DNA of 64,000 nucleotides from Alphaproteobacteria bacterium (GCA_965214705.1 OZ243972.1:3776001-3840000), one strand, 5' to 3'. Positions 18,627 through 31,194 are shown, counted from the first letter of the stretch. The notes: generated by a model from the letters alone, not told the origin. Program-made: numbers and translations.

Positions 18627-21188
18627 ATGCGAAGCCTGTGTCGCCGCATGACGAGACTGGCCCAGGTCGCAATCCTAGTGTTGGCCGTCGCGGGGTTGGT
18701 CTCCGCGTGCGGCGGTGGGAGTGGCGACGCCAGCCCGCAGACAACGATCCCGCCCACGCCGGACCCTCCATCCACGCCGGATCCGCCGCTCGAGCCAGAC
18801 CCACCCCCCGAGCCGGCTCCACCACCCATGCCGGATCCACCCCCCGAGCCAGACCCGCCCCCCGAGCCAGACCCGCCACCTGAGCCAGACCCGCCGCCTA
18901 TACCGGAGCCGGAACCTCCGGTTGTCTCGCCGGCGTGCGTCGAGACCGTCATCGGGTGCCTGACACCGGAGAGCTATAGAGCGCAGCGCCAGACGATCGC
19001 GGACGCGCACAGCGGCGAGGAAGACTTCAAGAATCAGTGGGGCTTGAAGGCGATCCGGGCCGATCAAGCCTACGCTCAACTCGAGCTGGAGCAGGGTATC
19101 GGTCGGGCTCCCGGCAGCGGCCAGACGGTTGGCTTGATCGACACCGGGATCGATGCAGGACACCCGGTATTCGCCGGCAAGACGATAAGCGAACACATAT
19201 CCGGAAACGCACAGGACGAGACTGGCGAATCCTTCTCCCACGGTACTGCGGTCGCAAGCGTGATCGCGGCACGGCGGGGAGCAACGTTCAACTACGTCGG
19301 TGCGGAGCCCGCGCACGGAGTCGCCTGGGGCGCCGATATCGCGATGTTGGCCATACCGACCGGCGCAGGAGGCGGCACCTACGTTCCAGTTACCGTGACC
19401 GGACAAACCAGCGCTGACGATCGGTGGGCGTCCAGGCTCAGTCACATGACCGACTGGACGATTGGCGGACGTGCGCTCGATTTCGTCAACGTCAGCGTCG
19501 GGTATCACGGGATCGTCGACCAATACAGCGAGCAGGAAATTCGCGATAGCTTCGGCGCTTCGATTGCGGCGATCGCGCAGGCGGGTGTGGCCGACAAAAC
19601 GGTCTTTGTCTGGGCTGCTGGCAACGCGCACGGGGACCCGTGCTTAGCGACCGACTTCGCGAACAACCCGGACTTGTGCGTGAACGAGACGATCAACGCC
19701 AAGTCGGTCGAATTCATGCCCGGCTGGCCGGCGCGGATCGCCGAGTTGCGCGGGCACCTCATTTCCGTCGTGGCTGTCGCCCCAGACAGTGACATGGATG
19801 GCGACTACGAGATCGCCGACTTCTCCAATCGCTGCGGCATAGCCAAGGACTGGTGCATCGCTGCACCGGGCGAGGACGTCCGGGTGGCCTATTTCGGACC
19901 CTACGAGGGGACAGCGGGAGCGCGGCGCAACGGCACTGGCGGCGGAACATCGTTTGCCGCGCCTGTGGTGACGGGCGCGCTCGTGGTGATGAAGGATTAC
20001 TTCCGCGACGAGCTGTACAACACCGATCTCGTTGCGCGGCTTATGGCGACCGCCAACAAGGGCGGCATCTATGCCGACGCGGATGTCTACGGCCAGGGCT
20101 TGCTGGACCTCGCGGCAGCGACATCACCCGCCGGCACGCCCAGCATTGCACTCGAGCAGCGTGTGGAGGGCGTCGGCGTCAGTCTGGCGGCGACCGGGCT
20201 TGGGCTGGGCGACGCCCTCGGCGACGGACTAACGCGGGCGCTCGCCGGGAAAGAAGTGGCGGCCTTCGACGAACTCGGCGCGCCATTCTGGTACTCGCTC
20301 GGCTCTCTCACCGGAGCTGCGGAGGGCCCCTCTGCACGTGCGCGGTTGCGAAGCTTCATGTCGCCAGCGCACACGAGCGAGGAAGTCGGCTCATGGCGCC
20401 CCGTCCTGGGATCGGTCGAGAGGGACAATAGTGCCAGCGCCGCCGCCGGGCTACGGCTGGTCCTGACGGACGCGCCTCGGTTGGGGGATTACGGCGGGCA
20501 TCTCTCGCTTGCCGGGCGGGCGCTGGGATTGAGCACGGCGGGGCAGGCGGGACTCGTCGCTGCAGCCTTTTCGACAGAGGGCGTGGACGGGCGGGTGCCG
20601 GTTTCGGGGGCCACGCTCGCCTGGCGACCGGAAGGAGGAGCCCCTCTCGGCCTGCACGGCGGTCTGGTGGCCGAACGTCAGGGCCTTCTCGGCTCACGTG
20701 CGGTCGGCGCCTTCGGGCGCATGGCGGCTGCATCCGCCTTCGCCGGTGTCCAGGCGAGCGAGCAGGTCGGTGCGTGGCATCTCGGTGCCAACGCCGAGAT
20801 CGGTACGGTCAACGCGTCGGTGCGCGGCGGGCTGATCGGCGATATCTCACCGCTGACTACGAGCGCCTTCGCCCTCCACGCAGCGCGGTCCTTTGCCGAT
20901 GCGGGCACGCTCACTGTCTCGGTCTCGCAGCCGCTCCGCGTCGAGGCGGGCAAGGCCCGTCTTGCAGTCCCGATCGGTCGCACGAAGGATGGTTACGTGC
21001 GCCGCAGTTCGGTGACGGCCGATCTGGTGCCCACAGGCCGGCAGATCGAACTCGCGGCTCAGTGGCGGCAGGCGCTCGCGACGGGCGGCGAGCTGCGCCT
21101 CGGCGCGGCCTGGACCCGCCATCCGGGGCACGCCGCTGTGGCGGACCCCGATATCACGTTGCTGGCAGGTTGGCGGCAGACCTTCTGA
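18627..21188 (+). CDS. S8 family serine peptidase; lipoprotein with putative C-terminal beta-barrel (start uncertain)
   Basis: Lipobox LVSAC; catalytic motifs IDTG, SHGTAVA, AAGN, GTSFAAP; ends WRQTF. Confidence 0.85.
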   Translation: MRSLCRRMTRLAQVAILVLAVAGLVSACGGGSGDASPQTTIPPTPDPPSTPDPPLEPDPPPEPAPPPMPDPPPEPDPPPEPDPPPEPDPPPIPEPEPPVVSPACVETVIGCLTPESYRAQRQTIADAHSGEEDFKNQWGLKAIRADQAYAQLELEQGIGRAPGSGQTVGLIDTGIDAGHPVFAGKTISEHISGNAQDETGESFSHGTAVASVIAARRGATFNYVGAEPAHGVAWGADIAMLAIPTGAGGGTYVPVTVTGQTSADDRWASRLSHMTDWTIGGRALDFVNVSVGYHGIVDQYSEQEIRDSFGASIAAIAQAGVADKTVFVWAAGNAHGDPCLATDFANNPDLCVNETINAKSVEFMPGWPARIAELRGHLISVVAVAPDSDMDGDYEIADFSNRCGIAKDWCIAAPGEDVRVAYFGPYEGTAGARRNGTGGGTSFAAPVVTGALVVMKDYFRDELYNTDLVARLMATANKGGIYADADVYGQGLLDLAAATSPAGTPSIALEQRVEGVGVSLAATGLGLGDALGDGLTRALAGKEVAAFDELGAPFWYSLGSLTGAAEGPSARARLRSFMSPAHTSEEVGSWRPVLGSVERDNSASAAAGLRLVLTDAPRLGDYGGHLSLAGRALGLSTAGQAGLVAAAFSTEGVDGRVPVSGATLAWRPEGGAPLGLHGGLVAERQGLLGSRAVGAFGRMAAASAFAGVQASEQVGAWHLGANAEIGTVNASVRGGLIGDISPLTTSAFALHAARSFADAGTLTVSVSQPLRVEAGKARLAVPIGRTKDGYVRRSSVTADLVPTGRQIELAAQWRQALATGGELRLGAAWTRHPGHAAVADPDITLLAGWRQTF
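18751..18920 (+). repeat. Imperfect 18-bp tandem repeat encoding PPEPDP units
   Basis: About 8 degenerate copies of CCCCCCGAGCCAGACCCG-like units. Confidence 0.8.
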
Positions 21189-21428
21189 CGTGAATTTGAG
21201 TCAGTTGAATGGACGCATCGCCACCCGAGAGGGCATAGCATGTCGTGCCGTTGCGCTGGTCAGCGGCGTGCTGCTGACCGGCTGCGACAGTTCAATGACA
21301 GTGCCGCGATGGTGCTATAACGATTCGGTAACCGTTGACGCTTTTCATGGTCATGCTCAAACTTTCGTCGTCGAGTCGTTATTCGCGATAATCGGTATCG
21401 AACCCCAAGAGTGAAATGGGAGCGAGCA

Positions 21429-21704
21429 ATGAACAAGGCTGAGCTGATCAGGGCTGTCGCAAGCGACGCGGACATTTCCAACGCCGACGCTGCGCGCGCG
21501 GTGGACAGTGTGTTCGGCGCCATTACCGACACGCTGCGGAGCGGCTCCGACGTCAGGCTGGCGGGGTTTGGTTCGTTCAGCGTCGTCGAACGGAAGGCCA
21601 CGACCGGACGAAACCCCCGCACGGGCGAAACGATTGCGATCGCCGCCTCCAAGCAGCCGAAGTTCAAGGCCGGCAAGACGCTCAAGGACGCGGTCAACGC
21701 CTGA
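21429..21704 (+). CDS. hupB: DNA-binding protein HU
   Basis: MNKAELI...GFGSF...GRNPRTGE...PKFKAGKTLKDAVN. Confidence 0.95.
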   Translation: MNKAELIRAVASDADISNADAARAVDSVFGAITDTLRSGSDVRLAGFGSFSVVERKATTGRNPRTGETIAIAASKQPKFKAGKTLKDAVNA

Positions 21705-21726
21705 TCGCTGTCCCGCCGGCTGGCGC

Positions 21727-21802
21727 GGGCGGTTAGCTCAGCTGGGAGAGCGCTTGGTTTACACCCAAGAGGTCGGCGGTTCGATCCCGTCACCGCCCAC
21801 CA
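21727..21802 (+). tRNA. tRNA-Val(TAC)
   Basis: GGGCGGTTAGCTCAG...CTTGG-TTTACAC-CCAAG...GGTTCGATCCC...CCGCCCACCA. Confidence 0.96.
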
Positions 21803-21972
21803 GGCGTCGGTTGTTCCAGGAGCGCGAAGACGCGGAAGCTTAGCCGAGCAGGCCGGGCCTCGCAGTGCGCGGTCCCTTCTGTTCCCAACCTCAGCCAAGC
21901 AACTTGACCCTGCCGGACCCCTGCTCTACATGGTGACGGCCGGCGCGGCGACGGCTCGCCGTCGGATCTGTC

Positions 21973-22051
21973 GGGGGTGTAGCTCAGCCTGGTTTAGAGC
22001 GCCGGCCTGTCACGCCGGAGGTCGCGGGTTCGAGTCCCGTCACTCCCGCCA
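21973..22051 (+). tRNA. tRNA-Asp(GTC)
   Basis: GGGGGTGTAGCTCAG...CCGGC-CTGTCAC-GCCGG...GGTTCGAGTCCC...CACTCCCGCCA. Confidence 0.95.
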
Positions 22052-22223
22052 TTTCCCCGGGGCGCCGTTCTTGAGCACCGGGACGGGAAGAGCTGCAACG
22101 GGGTGCCGTTTTGATGCAGGCTGCGGGATTCGGGGGTGGCCGGGGATGGCTGCGGCGCGAATGCCGTAGGGATTCCGCCGGCGACCCGTTGGCCGCACGA
22201 GGCCGTTCGGTGGGTGATGGCCG

Positions 22224-22598
22224 ATGACTGCATCGACCGATCTTCTCCTCGAATATCTGCCCATCGTCATCTTTCTCGGTATCGCCGGTGTGATGGCGAT
22301 CGCCGCCATCGCGGGCTCCTACGTGCTCGCGCCGCAACGGCCCGATCGGGACAAGATCGCCGCCTACGAGTGCGGCTTCGACGCCTTCGAGGATGCGCGC
22401 GGCCGCTTCGACGTGCGCTTCTATCTCGTCGCCATTCTCTTCATCATCTTCGACCTCGAGGTCGCCTACCTGTTTCCGTGGGCGGTGTCGTTTAGCGAGA
22501 TCGGGCTCTACGGCTTCTGGTCGATGATCGTGTTCCTCGGGCTGCTGACCATCGGCTTCGTCTACGAGTGGAAGAAGGGCGCGCTCGAATGGGAGTAG
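22224..22598 (+). CDS. nuoA: NADH-quinone oxidoreductase subunit A
   Basis: [22 protein letters not shown]. Confidence 0.97.
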   Translation: MTASTDLLLEYLPIVIFLGIAGVMAIAAIAGSYVLAPQRPDRDKIAAYECGFDAFEDARGRFDVRFYLVAILFIIFDLEVAYLFPWAVSFSEIGLYGFWSMIVFLGLLTIGFVYEWKKGALEWE

Positions 22599-23143
22599 AG
22601 AGCACGACCGTCGGCCTGCCGGGCAAGCCGTTGCCGGCGGGTGAGACCCAGGATCAGGCGCTCGCGCTGGTCAGCGACGAGCTGAACGACAAGGGCTTCG
22701 TCGTCGCCCAGCTCGACAGCGTCATCAACTGGGCGCGCACGGGCTCGCTCTGGCCGATGACCTTCGGGCTCGCCTGCTGCGCGGTCGAGTTCATGCAGAC
22801 CATCGCGTCCCGCTACGACATCGACCGCATCGGTATGGTGCCGCGCGCGAGCCCGCGCCAATCAGACGTGATGATCGTCGCCGGCACGCTCTGCAACAAG
22901 ATGGCGCCCGCGTTCCGGAGGGTCTACGACCAGATGCCAGAGCCCCGTTACGTCATCTCGATGGGCAGCTGCGCCAATGGCGGCGGCTACTATCACTATT
23001 CCTATTCGGTGGTGCGGGGCTGCGACCGTGTCGTCCCGGTGGATGTCTACGTCCCCGGCTGTCCGCCCACGGCCGAAGCGCTGCTTTACGGCATCATGCA
23101 ATTGCAGCGGAAGATCCGGCGCGAAGGGACCATCGCGCGCTAG
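22589..23143 (+). CDS. nuoB: NADH-quinone oxidoreductase subunit B
   Basis: [28 protein letters not shown]. Confidence 0.97.
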   Translation: MGVESTTVGLPGKPLPAGETQDQALALVSDELNDKGFVVAQLDSVINWARTGSLWPMTFGLACCAVEFMQTIASRYDIDRIGMVPRASPRQSDVMIVAGTLCNKMAPAFRRVYDQMPEPRYVISMGSCANGGGYYHYSYSVVRGCDRVVPVDVYVPGCPPTAEALLYGIMQLQRKIRREGTIAR

Positions 23144-23167
23144 CGCGCGGCGAGAGCGGGCGAGGGG

Positions 23168-23797
23168 ATGGATACGGCCGGATTACGCGACCTGGGCGAG
23201 CACGTCGCGACCAGTCTCAGCGATTACGTGTTCGCGGCTGAGGTGACCCGCGACGAGCTGACCGTGGACGCGCGCGCGGACCAGGTGGTGCGTGTGCTCA
23301 AGTTCCTGAAGGACGATCCGCGCTGCCGCTTCGAGCAGCTGACCGACCTCTGCGGCGTCGACTACCCGGAGCGCGACCCGCGCTTCGATGTCGTCTATCA
23401 CCTGCTCAGCTTGAGTCACAATTGCAGGCTGCGTCTCAAGGTTGGGGTCAACGAGGACCAGCCGGTGCCGTCGGCGACCGAGATCTACCCCTCCGCCGGA
23501 TGGTGGGAGCGCGAGACCTGGGACCTCTACGGCATCTACTTCGCCGGCAATCCGGACCTGCGCCGCCTGCTCACGGACTACGGCTTCGACGGCCATCCGT
23601 TGCGCAAGGATTTCCCGCTCACGGGCTATGTCGAGCTGCGCTACGACTCAGAGCAGAAGCGGGTTGTGTACGAGCCGGTGAAGCTCACCCAGGAGTTCCG
23701 CCGCTTCGACTTCCTGAGCCCCTGGGAAGGCGCGTCTTACCCGCTGCCGGGCGACGAGAAGGCCGATGAAGCCGGCGAGGACGGGCGCGAGTCATGA
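23168..23797 (+). CDS. nuoC: NADH-quinone oxidoreductase subunit C
   Basis: [21 protein letters not shown]. Confidence 0.97.
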   Translation: MDTAGLRDLGEHVATSLSDYVFAAEVTRDELTVDARADQVVRVLKFLKDDPRCRFEQLTDLCGVDYPERDPRFDVVYHLLSLSHNCRLRLKVGVNEDQPVPSATEIYPSAGWWERETWDLYGIYFAGNPDLRRLLTDYGFDGHPLRKDFPLTGYVELRYDSEQKRVVYEPVKLTQEFRRFDFLSPWEGASYPLPGDEKADEAGEDGRES

Positions 23798-24972
23798 GCG
23801 AGCGCCAAATCCGCAACATGACCGTGAACTTCGGGCCGCAGCATCCGGCGGCGCACGGCGTGCTGCGCCTGGTGCTGGAGATGGATGGCGAGGTGGTGGA
23901 GCGTGCCGACCCGCACATCGGGCTGCTCCATCGCGGCACCGAGAAGCTGATCGAGTACAAGACCTACCTGCAGGCGGTGCCCTACTTCGACCGGCTCGAC
24001 TATGTCGCGCCGATGAACCAGGAGCACGCCTACGCGCTCGCGGTCGAGGCTCTGCTCGGACTGGAGATTCCCAGACGGGCCCAGTACATCCGGGTGCTCT
24101 ACAGCGAGATTTCGCGCATCGCCAACCACTTGATGAACATCTGCACCATGGCGCTCGACGTCGGCGCGATGACGCCCTTCTTCTGGGGCTTCGAGGAGCG
24201 TGAGCTGACCATGGAGTTCTACGAGCGGGCGTCGGGCTCGCGCCTCCATGCCGCCTACTTCCGCCCCGGCGGTGTCGCCTACGATCTCGCTCCGGAGCTG
24301 CTCTCGGACATCGGCGCGTGGAACGAGAAATTCCCCAAGGTCATCGACGACATCGAGAACGTGCTGACCGAGAATCGCATCTTCAAGCAGCGGACAGTCG
24401 ATATCGGCATTCTGAGCCCGCAGGAGGCCTTCGACTGGGGGCTCACCGGGCCAGTGCTGCGCGGCTCCGGCGTCTCGTGGGACCTGCGCCGCAACCAGCC
24501 CTACGAGGTCTACAGCGAGCTCGACTTCGGGGTGCCGGTCGGCTCCAACGGCGATTGCTACGAGCGCTATCTGGTCCGCATGGAAGAGATGAGGCAATGC
24601 GTCAAGATAATCGCACAATGTCTTGAAAAGATGCCGGAAGGGCCGGTCAAGGTTCAGGACAACAAGATTACGCCACCGTCCAGGGCCGTGATGAAGGAGT
24701 CGATGGAAGCGCTGATCCATCACTTCAAGCTCTACACCGAGGGCTACCACGTGCCGGCGGGCGAGACCTACCGCGCGGTGGAGGCGCCGAAGGGCGAGTT
24801 CGGGGTCTACGTCGTGGCCGACGGCACCAACCGGCCCTATCGCTGCAAGATCAGGGCGCCGGGCTTCGCGCACTTGCAGGTGCTCGACCACATGAGCAAG
24901 GGCCACATGCTGGCGGACACGGTGGCCAACCTCGCAAGCATGGACATCGTGTTCGGGGAGATCGACCGGTGA
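23794..24972 (+). CDS. nuoD: NADH-quinone oxidoreductase subunit D
   Basis: [33 protein letters not shown]. Confidence 0.98.
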   Translation: MSERQIRNMTVNFGPQHPAAHGVLRLVLEMDGEVVERADPHIGLLHRGTEKLIEYKTYLQAVPYFDRLDYVAPMNQEHAYALAVEALLGLEIPRRAQYIRVLYSEISRIANHLMNICTMALDVGAMTPFFWGFEERELTMEFYERASGSRLHAAYFRPGGVAYDLAPELLSDIGAWNEKFPKVIDDIENVLTENRIFKQRTVDIGILSPQEAFDWGLTGPVLRGSGVSWDLRRNQPYEVYSELDFGVPVGSNGDCYERYLVRMEEMRQCVKIIAQCLEKMPEGPVKVQDNKITPPSRAVMKESMEALIHHFKLYTEGYHVPAGETYRAVEAPKGEFGVYVVADGTNRPYRCKIRAPGFAHLQVLDHMSKGHMLADTVANLASMDIVFGEIDR

Positions 24973-25562
24973 CGGGTACGGCGGCCAACGGCGCCGAGGC
25001 GTTCGCCTTCACGCCCGAGAACCGGGCCAAGGCGAACGCCGTGATCGCCAAGTACCCGACGGGCTGCCAGGCCAGCGCGGTGCTGCCGCTGCTCGACCTC
25101 GCCCAGCGTCAGAACGACGGCTGGATTTCCCAGGCGGTGATGGAGCACGTCGCCGAGCTGCTCGACATGGCGTCGATCCGGGTCTACGAGGTCGCCACCT
25201 TCTACACGATGCTGAACCTGGAGCCGGTCGGCCGCCATCACGTCCAGCTTTGCCGGACGACGCCCTGCTGGCTGCGGGGCTCGGACGCGCTGCGCGACGC
25301 CTGCCGGGAGGAGCTCGGCATCGGCTTAGGCGGGACCACCGAGGACGGCGTCTTCACGCTGACCGAGGTCGAGTGCCTGGGCGCCTGCGTCAACGCCCCC
25401 ATGGTGCAGATCAACGATCACTTCTACGAGGACCTCGACCCGGCGCGCATGAAGGAGATCCTGCGTGCCTTCCGGGCCGGGAGCCCGCCCGAGCCGGGCC
25501 CGCAGACCGGCCGCCAGACCTCGGCGCCGGCCTCCGGCCTGACGACACTGACCGAGCTTTGA
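24969..25562 (+). CDS. nuoE: NADH-quinone oxidoreductase subunit E
   Basis: [24 protein letters not shown]. Confidence 0.96.
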   Translation: MTGTAANGAEAFAFTPENRAKANAVIAKYPTGCQASAVLPLLDLAQRQNDGWISQAVMEHVAELLDMASIRVYEVATFYTMLNLEPVGRHHVQLCRTTPCWLRGSDALRDACREELGIGLGGTTEDGVFTLTEVECLGACVNAPMVQINDHFYEDLDPARMKEILRAFRAGSPPEPGPQTGRQTSAPASGLTTLTEL

Positions 25563-25564
25563 GC

Positions 25565-26881
25565 ATGCTCAGCGATTCCGACCGCATCTTCACCAACCTC
25601 TACGGCGCTCAGGACTGGCGCCTGGCCGGCGCCCGTGCGCGGGGCGACTGGGACGGTACGGCGGACCTGATGGCCAAGGGCCACGACTGGATCATCGATC
25701 AGGTCAAGGAGTCAGGCCTGCGCGGGCGCGGCGGCGCCGGCTTCCCGACCGGACTCAAGTGGTCCTTCATGCCGAAGGAGGAGGCCCCCGGCCGCCCGCA
25801 TTACCTCGTGGTCAATGCCGACGAGAGCGAGCCCGGCACCTGCAAGGACCGGGACATGATGCGCCACGATCCGCACAAGCTGATCGAGGGGTGCCTGATC
25901 TCGGGCTTCGCCATGCGGGCGCACGCCGCCTACATCTACATTCGGGGCGAGTTCTACGACGAAGCGGTCGCGCTGCAGGCGGCGATCGACGAGGCCTATG
26001 ACGCGGGCCTCATCGGCAAGAACCCGTGCGGCACCGATTGGCCCTTCGACATCTACCTCCACCGGGGCGCCGGCGCCTACATCTGCGGCGAGGAGACAGG
26101 GCTGCTGGAGAGCCTGGAGGGCAAGCCGGGGCGGCCCCGCCTCAAGCCGCCCTTCCCGGCGGCGGTCGGGCTCTACGGCTGCCCGTCGACGGTGAACAAC
26201 GTCGAGACTATCGCGGTCGTGCCCACCATCCTGCGCCGTGGCGCCGAGTGGTTCGCCGGCCTGGGCCGGCCCAAGAACACCGGCACCAAGGTCTTCTGCA
26301 TCTCCGGCCACGTGAATCAGCCGTGCAACGTGGAAGAGGAGATGGGCATCCCCATGCGCGAGCTGATCGAGAAGCACGCAGGCGGAGTGCGCGGCGGCTG
26401 GGACAACCTGCAGGCGGTCATTCCCGGTGGTGCCTCGGTGCCGCTGCTGCCGAAGTCGATCTGCGACGACGTGCTGATGGACTTCGATTCGCTGATGGCG
26501 GAGAAATCCGGGCTCGGCACGGCGGCGGTGATCGTGATGGACAAGTCGGCCGACGTGGTCGAGGCCATCGCCCGGCTCTCCCACTTTTACATGCACGAGA
26601 GCTGCGGCCAGTGCACGCCCTGCCGCGAGGGCACCGGATGGGTCTACCGCGTGATGCTGCGTCTCATCAGGGGCGAGGCATCGGTGGAAGAGATCGACAT
26701 GCTGTGGGACGTGGTGGGGCAGATCGAGGGGCACACCATCTGCGCCCTCGGCGATGCGGCCGCGTGGCCGGTGCAGGGGCTGATCCGCCACTTCCGGCCC
26801 GAGCTCGAGCGGCGCATCCTGGCCGAGAAGGTCGGTGGCAGCGGTGGCGAGAGCGCGGCTGCGGCAGCGGCGGCCGCCTGA
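25565..26881 (+). CDS. nuoF: NADH-quinone oxidoreductase subunit F
   Basis: [35 protein letters not shown]. Confidence 0.98.
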   Translation: MLSDSDRIFTNLYGAQDWRLAGARARGDWDGTADLMAKGHDWIIDQVKESGLRGRGGAGFPTGLKWSFMPKEEAPGRPHYLVVNADESEPGTCKDRDMMRHDPHKLIEGCLISGFAMRAHAAYIYIRGEFYDEAVALQAAIDEAYDAGLIGKNPCGTDWPFDIYLHRGAGAYICGEETGLLESLEGKPGRPRLKPPFPAAVGLYGCPSTVNNVETIAVVPTILRRGAEWFAGLGRPKNTGTKVFCISGHVNQPCNVEEEMGIPMRELIEKHAGGVRGGWDNLQAVIPGGASVPLLPKSICDDVLMDFDSLMAEKSGLGTAAVIVMDKSADVVEAIARLSHFYMHESCGQCTPCREGTGWVYRVMLRLIRGEASVEEIDMLWDVVGQIEGHTICALGDAAAWPVQGLIRHFRPELERRILAEKVGGSGGESAAAAAAAA

Positions 26882-26892
26882 GGACGCATCCG

Positions 26893-28953
26893 ATGACGAC
26901 GCTCACCATCGACGGCGCAGAGATCACGGTGGAGCCCGGCTCGACCGTGATGCAGGCCTGCATCGAGGCCGGCAAGGAGATTCCGCACTTCTGCTTCCAC
27001 GACCGACTCTCCATCGCCGGCAACTGCCGCATGTGCCTGGTGGAGATGGAGCGCTCGCCGAAGCCCATCGCCTCGTGCGCGATGCCGGCGGCGGACGGCA
27101 TGGTGATCCGCACCGACACGCCGCAGGTCAAGAAGGCGCGGGAAGGGGTGATGGAGTTCCTGCTCATCAATCACCCGCTGGACTGCCCGATCTGCGACCA
27201 GGGCGGCGAGTGCGACCTGCAGGACCAGGCCATGGCCTATGGCCGGCACTTCAGCCGCTTCGATGAAGGCAAGCGCGCGGTCCGCGACAAGGACGTCGGG
27301 CCGCTGATCGAGACAATCATGACGCGCTGCATCCACTGCACGCGCTGCATCCGCTTCGCCGACGAGATTGCGGGGGTCGAGGAGTTTGGCGCGGTCTTCC
27401 GCGGCGAGCACATGGAAATTGGCACCTACGTCGAGAAGGCGGTGAGCTCCGAGCTCAGCGGCAACATGATCGACCTCTGCCCGGTTGGCGCGCTGACCTC
27501 CAAGCCCTACGCCTTCGTTGCGCGCTCGTGGGAGCTCCGGACCACCGAGACGGTCGACGTGCTCGACGCGGTCGGCTCCAACATCCGGGTCGATGCGCGT
27601 GGGACCGAAGTATTGCGGGTCGTGCCGCGCCTGCACGACGACATCAACGAGGAATGGCTCTCGGACAAGAGCCGCTTCGCCTACGACGGGCTGCGCCGGC
27701 GCCGCCTCGACCGCTGCTACGTGCGGCGAAATGGCGCGCTGGAAGCCGCAAGCTGGGTCGAGGCGTTCGACGCCATCGCAGCGGCGGCAGAGGGCCTCGA
27801 CGGCAGCCAGATCGCGACGCTGGCGGGCGACACGGCGGACTGCGAAGCCATGACCGCGATCGCCGATCTCATGGCGGCGCTGGGCTCGCCCAACCTCGAT
27901 TGCCGGCAGGACGGGGCCAGGCTCGATGCGACGAGCCGGGTCTCCTACCTGTTCAACACCACAATCGCCGGGATCGAGGAGGCGGATGCGATCCTCCTGA
28001 TCGGCACCAACCCGCGCTGGGAGGCGTCGCTGGTCAACGCGCGCATCCGCAAGCGCTGGCGCCGGGGCGGGCTGAAAGTCGGCGTCATCGGCCCGCAAGC
28101 GGACCTGACCTACCCCTACCATCATCTGGGAGATGGGCCGCAGAGCCTCGCCACGCTCGCGAAGGGTGGCGACGCCTTCGCCGACGTTCTGAAGATGGCC
28201 GAGAAGCCGATGCTGATCGTCGGCATGGGGGCGCTGACGCGGCCCGACGGCGCCGAGGTGCTGGCGCACGCCAGAGCGGTCGCAGAGGCGACGGGCATGG
28301 TCGCCGACGGCTGGAACGGCTTCAACGTGCTGCATACGGCAGCCGCCCGCGTCGGCGGGCTCGACCTCGGCTTCGTGCCGGGGGAGGGGGGCTGCGACAC
28401 GGCGGCCATCTGCGAGGGCGCCGCGAGCGGCGGGATCAAGCTGCTCTACCTGCTGGGCGCGGACGAGATTGCGCTGGAGCGGCCCGAGAACTGCTTCGTC
28501 GTCTACCAGGGTCACCACGGCGATGCCGGGGCGCGGCTCGCCGACGTGATCCTGCCGGGCGCCGCCTACACCGAGAAGGACGGCACCTACGTCAACCTGG
28601 AAGGCCGGCCGCAGCGGGCCTACGCGGCATCCGCGCCGCTCGGCGATGCGCGTGAGGACTGGCGCATCCTGCGCGCGCTCTCTGCCCGTCTCGGCAACCC
28701 GCTTGCCTACGACACGCTGGACGAGCTGCGCGCCCGGATGATGGAGCGTGCGCCCGCGCTTGCCGCCATCGACGAGATCACACCGGCGCCGTGGGGCGAT
28801 TTCGGTGCTGCCGGCGCCATGGACGACGCGCCCTTCGCGTGCCCCATCGGCGACTTCTACCTGACGGACCCGATTACCCGCGCGTCCCAGACCATGACCG
28901 AGTGCAGCGCCGCGTTCGTCGCTTCGGCAGAAGAGGCCCGCGCCGATGGCTGA
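26893..28953 (+). CDS. nuoG: NADH-quinone oxidoreductase subunit G
   Basis: [31 protein letters not shown]. Confidence 0.97.
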   Translation: MTTLTIDGAEITVEPGSTVMQACIEAGKEIPHFCFHDRLSIAGNCRMCLVEMERSPKPIASCAMPAADGMVIRTDTPQVKKAREGVMEFLLINHPLDCPICDQGGECDLQDQAMAYGRHFSRFDEGKRAVRDKDVGPLIETIMTRCIHCTRCIRFADEIAGVEEFGAVFRGEHMEIGTYVEKAVSSELSGNMIDLCPVGALTSKPYAFVARSWELRTTETVDVLDAVGSNIRVDARGTEVLRVVPRLHDDINEEWLSDKSRFAYDGLRRRRLDRCYVRRNGALEAASWVEAFDAIAAAAEGLDGSQIATLAGDTADCEAMTAIADLMAALGSPNLDCRQDGARLDATSRVSYLFNTTIAGIEEADAILLIGTNPRWEASLVNARIRKRWRRGGLKVGVIGPQADLTYPYHHLGDGPQSLATLAKGGDAFADVLKMAEKPMLIVGMGALTRPDGAEVLAHARAVAEATGMVADGWNGFNVLHTAAARVGGLDLGFVPGEGGCDTAAICEGAASGGIKLLYLLGADEIALERPENCFVVYQGHHGDAGARLADVILPGAAYTEKDGTYVNLEGRPQRAYAASAPLGDAREDWRILRALSARLGNPLAYDTLDELRARMMERAPALAAIDEITPAPWGDFGAAGAMDDAPFACPIGDFYLTDPITRASQTMTECSAAFVASAEEARADG

Positions 28954-29962
28954 AGCGGGAGTCTGGAGCACCTACTTCTACCCGCTGTTCCTGACCATCG
29001 GGTACATCCTCGCGATCGTGGTGCCGCTGCTGCTGGTGCTCGCCTTCATCACGTATTTCGAACGCAAGGTGTGGGCGGCGATACAGCTGCGCAAGGGGCC
29101 CAACGTGGTGGGGCCCTTCGGCCTGCTGCAGCCGGTGGCGGACGGGATCAAGTGCCTGTTCAAGGAGACCATCGTCCCCGCCGGCGCCAATCGCATGCTC
29201 TTCGTGCTGGCGCCGATGGTGACCTTCAGCCTCGGCCTCATCGGCTGGGCGGTGATCCCCTTCGACCAGCACCTCGTGCTCGCCGACCTGAATGTCGGGC
29301 TGCTCTACCTCTTCGCGGTCTCTTCGCTCGGCGTCTACGGCATCATCATCGCGGGCTGGGCCAGCAACTCGAAGTATGCCTTCCTCGGCGCGCTGCGCTC
29401 GGCGGCGCAGATGGTCTCCTACGAGGTCTCCATCGGCTTCGTCCTCGTGACGGTGCTGCTCTGCGTCGGCTCGCTCAACCTCAACGACATCGTCGAGGCG
29501 CAGAAGGGCCTCTGGTTCTTCATCCCGCTGTTCCCGATGTTCGTGATCTACGTGGTGTCCGCGCTGGCGGAGACCAACCGCACGCCCTTCGACCTGCCGG
29601 AAGCTGAGGGCGAGCTGGTGGCCGGCTACCAGGTGGAATACTCGTCGATGACCTGGCTGCTTTTCATGATGGGGGAGTACGCCAACATCGTCCTCCTGAG
29701 TGGGCTCAGTGTGATCCTGTTCCTCGGTGGCTGGCTGCCGCCGTTCCACGTCGAGCCGCTGATGGCGGTTCCCGGCGTGGTCTGGTTCCTGCTGAAGACC
29801 GCGGTGGTCGTGTTCTTTTTCACGTGGACCCGCGCGACGCTGCCGCGCTACCGCTACGATCAGCTCATGCGGCTCGGCTGGAAGGTGTTCCTGCCCGCCT
29901 CGCTCGCCATGGTCGTGATCGTCGCCGGCGCGCTGCACGCGTTCGACTGGTTGCCGAGGTAG
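28946..29962 (+). CDS. nuoH: NADH-quinone oxidoreductase subunit H
   Basis: ERKV...[31 protein letters not shown]. Confidence 0.97.
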   Translation: MAEAGVWSTYFYPLFLTIGYILAIVVPLLLVLAFITYFERKVWAAIQLRKGPNVVGPFGLLQPVADGIKCLFKETIVPAGANRMLFVLAPMVTFSLGLIGWAVIPFDQHLVLADLNVGLLYLFAVSSLGVYGIIIAGWASNSKYAFLGALRSAAQMVSYEVSIGFVLVTVLLCVGSLNLNDIVEAQKGLWFFIPLFPMFVIYVVSALAETNRTPFDLPEAEGELVAGYQVEYSSMTWLLFMMGEYANIVLLSGLSVILFLGGWLPPFHVEPLMAVPGVVWFLLKTAVVVFFFTWTRATLPRYRYDQLMRLGWKVFLPASLAMVVIVAGALHAFDWLPR

Positions 29963-30026
29963 GTCACTGTGGCGACGGCTGGCGGCCTGTGCTATGGCCG
30001 CGCCCGGCGCCGACAAGGAGGTCGCC

Positions 30027-30515
30027 ATGCCAGCGATTGAGCAGACAGTTCGATCCTTGCTCCTGACCGAGCTGGCGGTTGGGCTCGGCGTGACCTTCAA
30101 GTCGATGTTCAAGCGCAAGGCGACGCTCAACTACCCCTACGAGAAGGGCATGCTGAGCCCGCGCTTTCGCGGCGAGCACGCGCTGCGCCGCTACCCCAAC
30201 GGCGAGGAGCGCTGCATCGCCTGCAAGCTGTGCGAGGCGATCTGCCCCGCGCAGGCCATCACCATCGAGGCGGAGCCGAGGGAGGACGGCAGCCGGCGCA
30301 CCACGCGCTACGACATCGACATGGTGAAGTGCATCTATTGCGGCTTCTGTCAGGAGGCTTGCCCGGTCGACGCCATCGTCGAGGGGCCGAACTTCGAGTT
30401 TGCCGCCGAGACCCGCGAGGAGCTGCTCTACAACAAGGAGAAGCTGCTCGACAACGGCGACCGCTGGGAGCGGGAGATCGCCGCGAACCTGAGCGCGGAG
30501 GCACCCTACCGCTGA
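30027..30515 (+). CDS. nuoI: NADH-quinone oxidoreductase subunit I
   Basis: Two CxxCxxCxxxCP motifs; AAGGAG SD. Confidence 0.97.
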   Translation: MPAIEQTVRSLLLTELAVGLGVTFKSMFKRKATLNYPYEKGMLSPRFRGEHALRRYPNGEERCIACKLCEAICPAQAITIEAEPREDGSRRTTRYDIDMVKCIYCGFCQEACPVDAIVEGPNFEFAAETREELLYNKEKLLDNGDRWEREIAANLSAEAPYR

Positions 30516-30564
30516 GCCGGGATCGGCAGGGGCGGAACGGTAAGCCAAGCGGGACCACGGCACG

Positions 30565-31194
30565 ATGATCATCCAGACGATCATGTTCTATGTCCTTGCC
30601 GTGGTGACGGTGGGGGCGGGCGTCATGGTGATCGCCTCGCGCAACCCGGTTCACTCGGTGCTGTTCCTGATCCTGGCGTTCTTCAACTCGGCCGGGCTCT
30701 TCGTGATGATGGGCGCCGAGTTCCTGGCGATGATCCTGATCATCGTCTACGTCGGCGCGGTCGCCGTGCTCTTCCTCTTTGTCGTGATGATGCTGAACAT
30801 CAACTTCGCGGAGCTGCGTGCGGGCTTTCTGCAATATCTGCCCATCGGCGGCGTCATCGGCATCATACTGCTCGCCGAGCTGGTGCTGGTCTTCGCCTCG
30901 GGCGCCATCGACATCGAGGTGCCGACGACGGTGGCATCGCCGACGCCGCCGGCCGACGAGATCACCAACACGCAAGCGCTGGGCGACGTGCTCTACACGC
31001 ACTACGCCTACCTCTTCCAGGGCGCGGGCTTCATCCTCCTGATCGCGATGGTGGGCGCCATCGTGCTCACCCACCGGCGCCGCGTCGACGTCCGGCGCCA
31101 GCGCATCGCCGATCAGGTGGCGCGCGATCCCAAGGCAGCCGTTCAGGTCACCGACATCGAGCCGGGCGCGGAGGGGACATGGAAATCGGACTGA
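30565..31194 (+). CDS. nuoJ: NADH-quinone oxidoreductase subunit J
   Basis: [25 protein letters not shown]. Confidence 0.96.
   Translation: MIIQTIMFYVLAVVTVGAGVMVIASRNPVHSVLFLILAFFNSAGLFVMMGAEFLAMILIIVYVGAVAVLFLFVVMMLNINFAELRAGFLQYLPIGGVIGIILLAELVLVFASGAIDIEVPTTVASPTPPADEITNTQALGDVLYTHYAYLFQGAGFILLIAMVGAIVLTHRRRVDVRRQRIADQVARDPKAAVQVTDIEPGAEGTWKSD

Noticed and set aside
18751-18920. CRISPR-like repeat array
   Set aside because: Contiguous in-frame coding repeats with no unique spacers and no cas genes
21727-22051. Integrative element at tRNA-Val or tRNA-Asp
   Set aside because: No integrase and no duplicated tRNA 3' end seen; nuoA follows directly, as in the ancestral order
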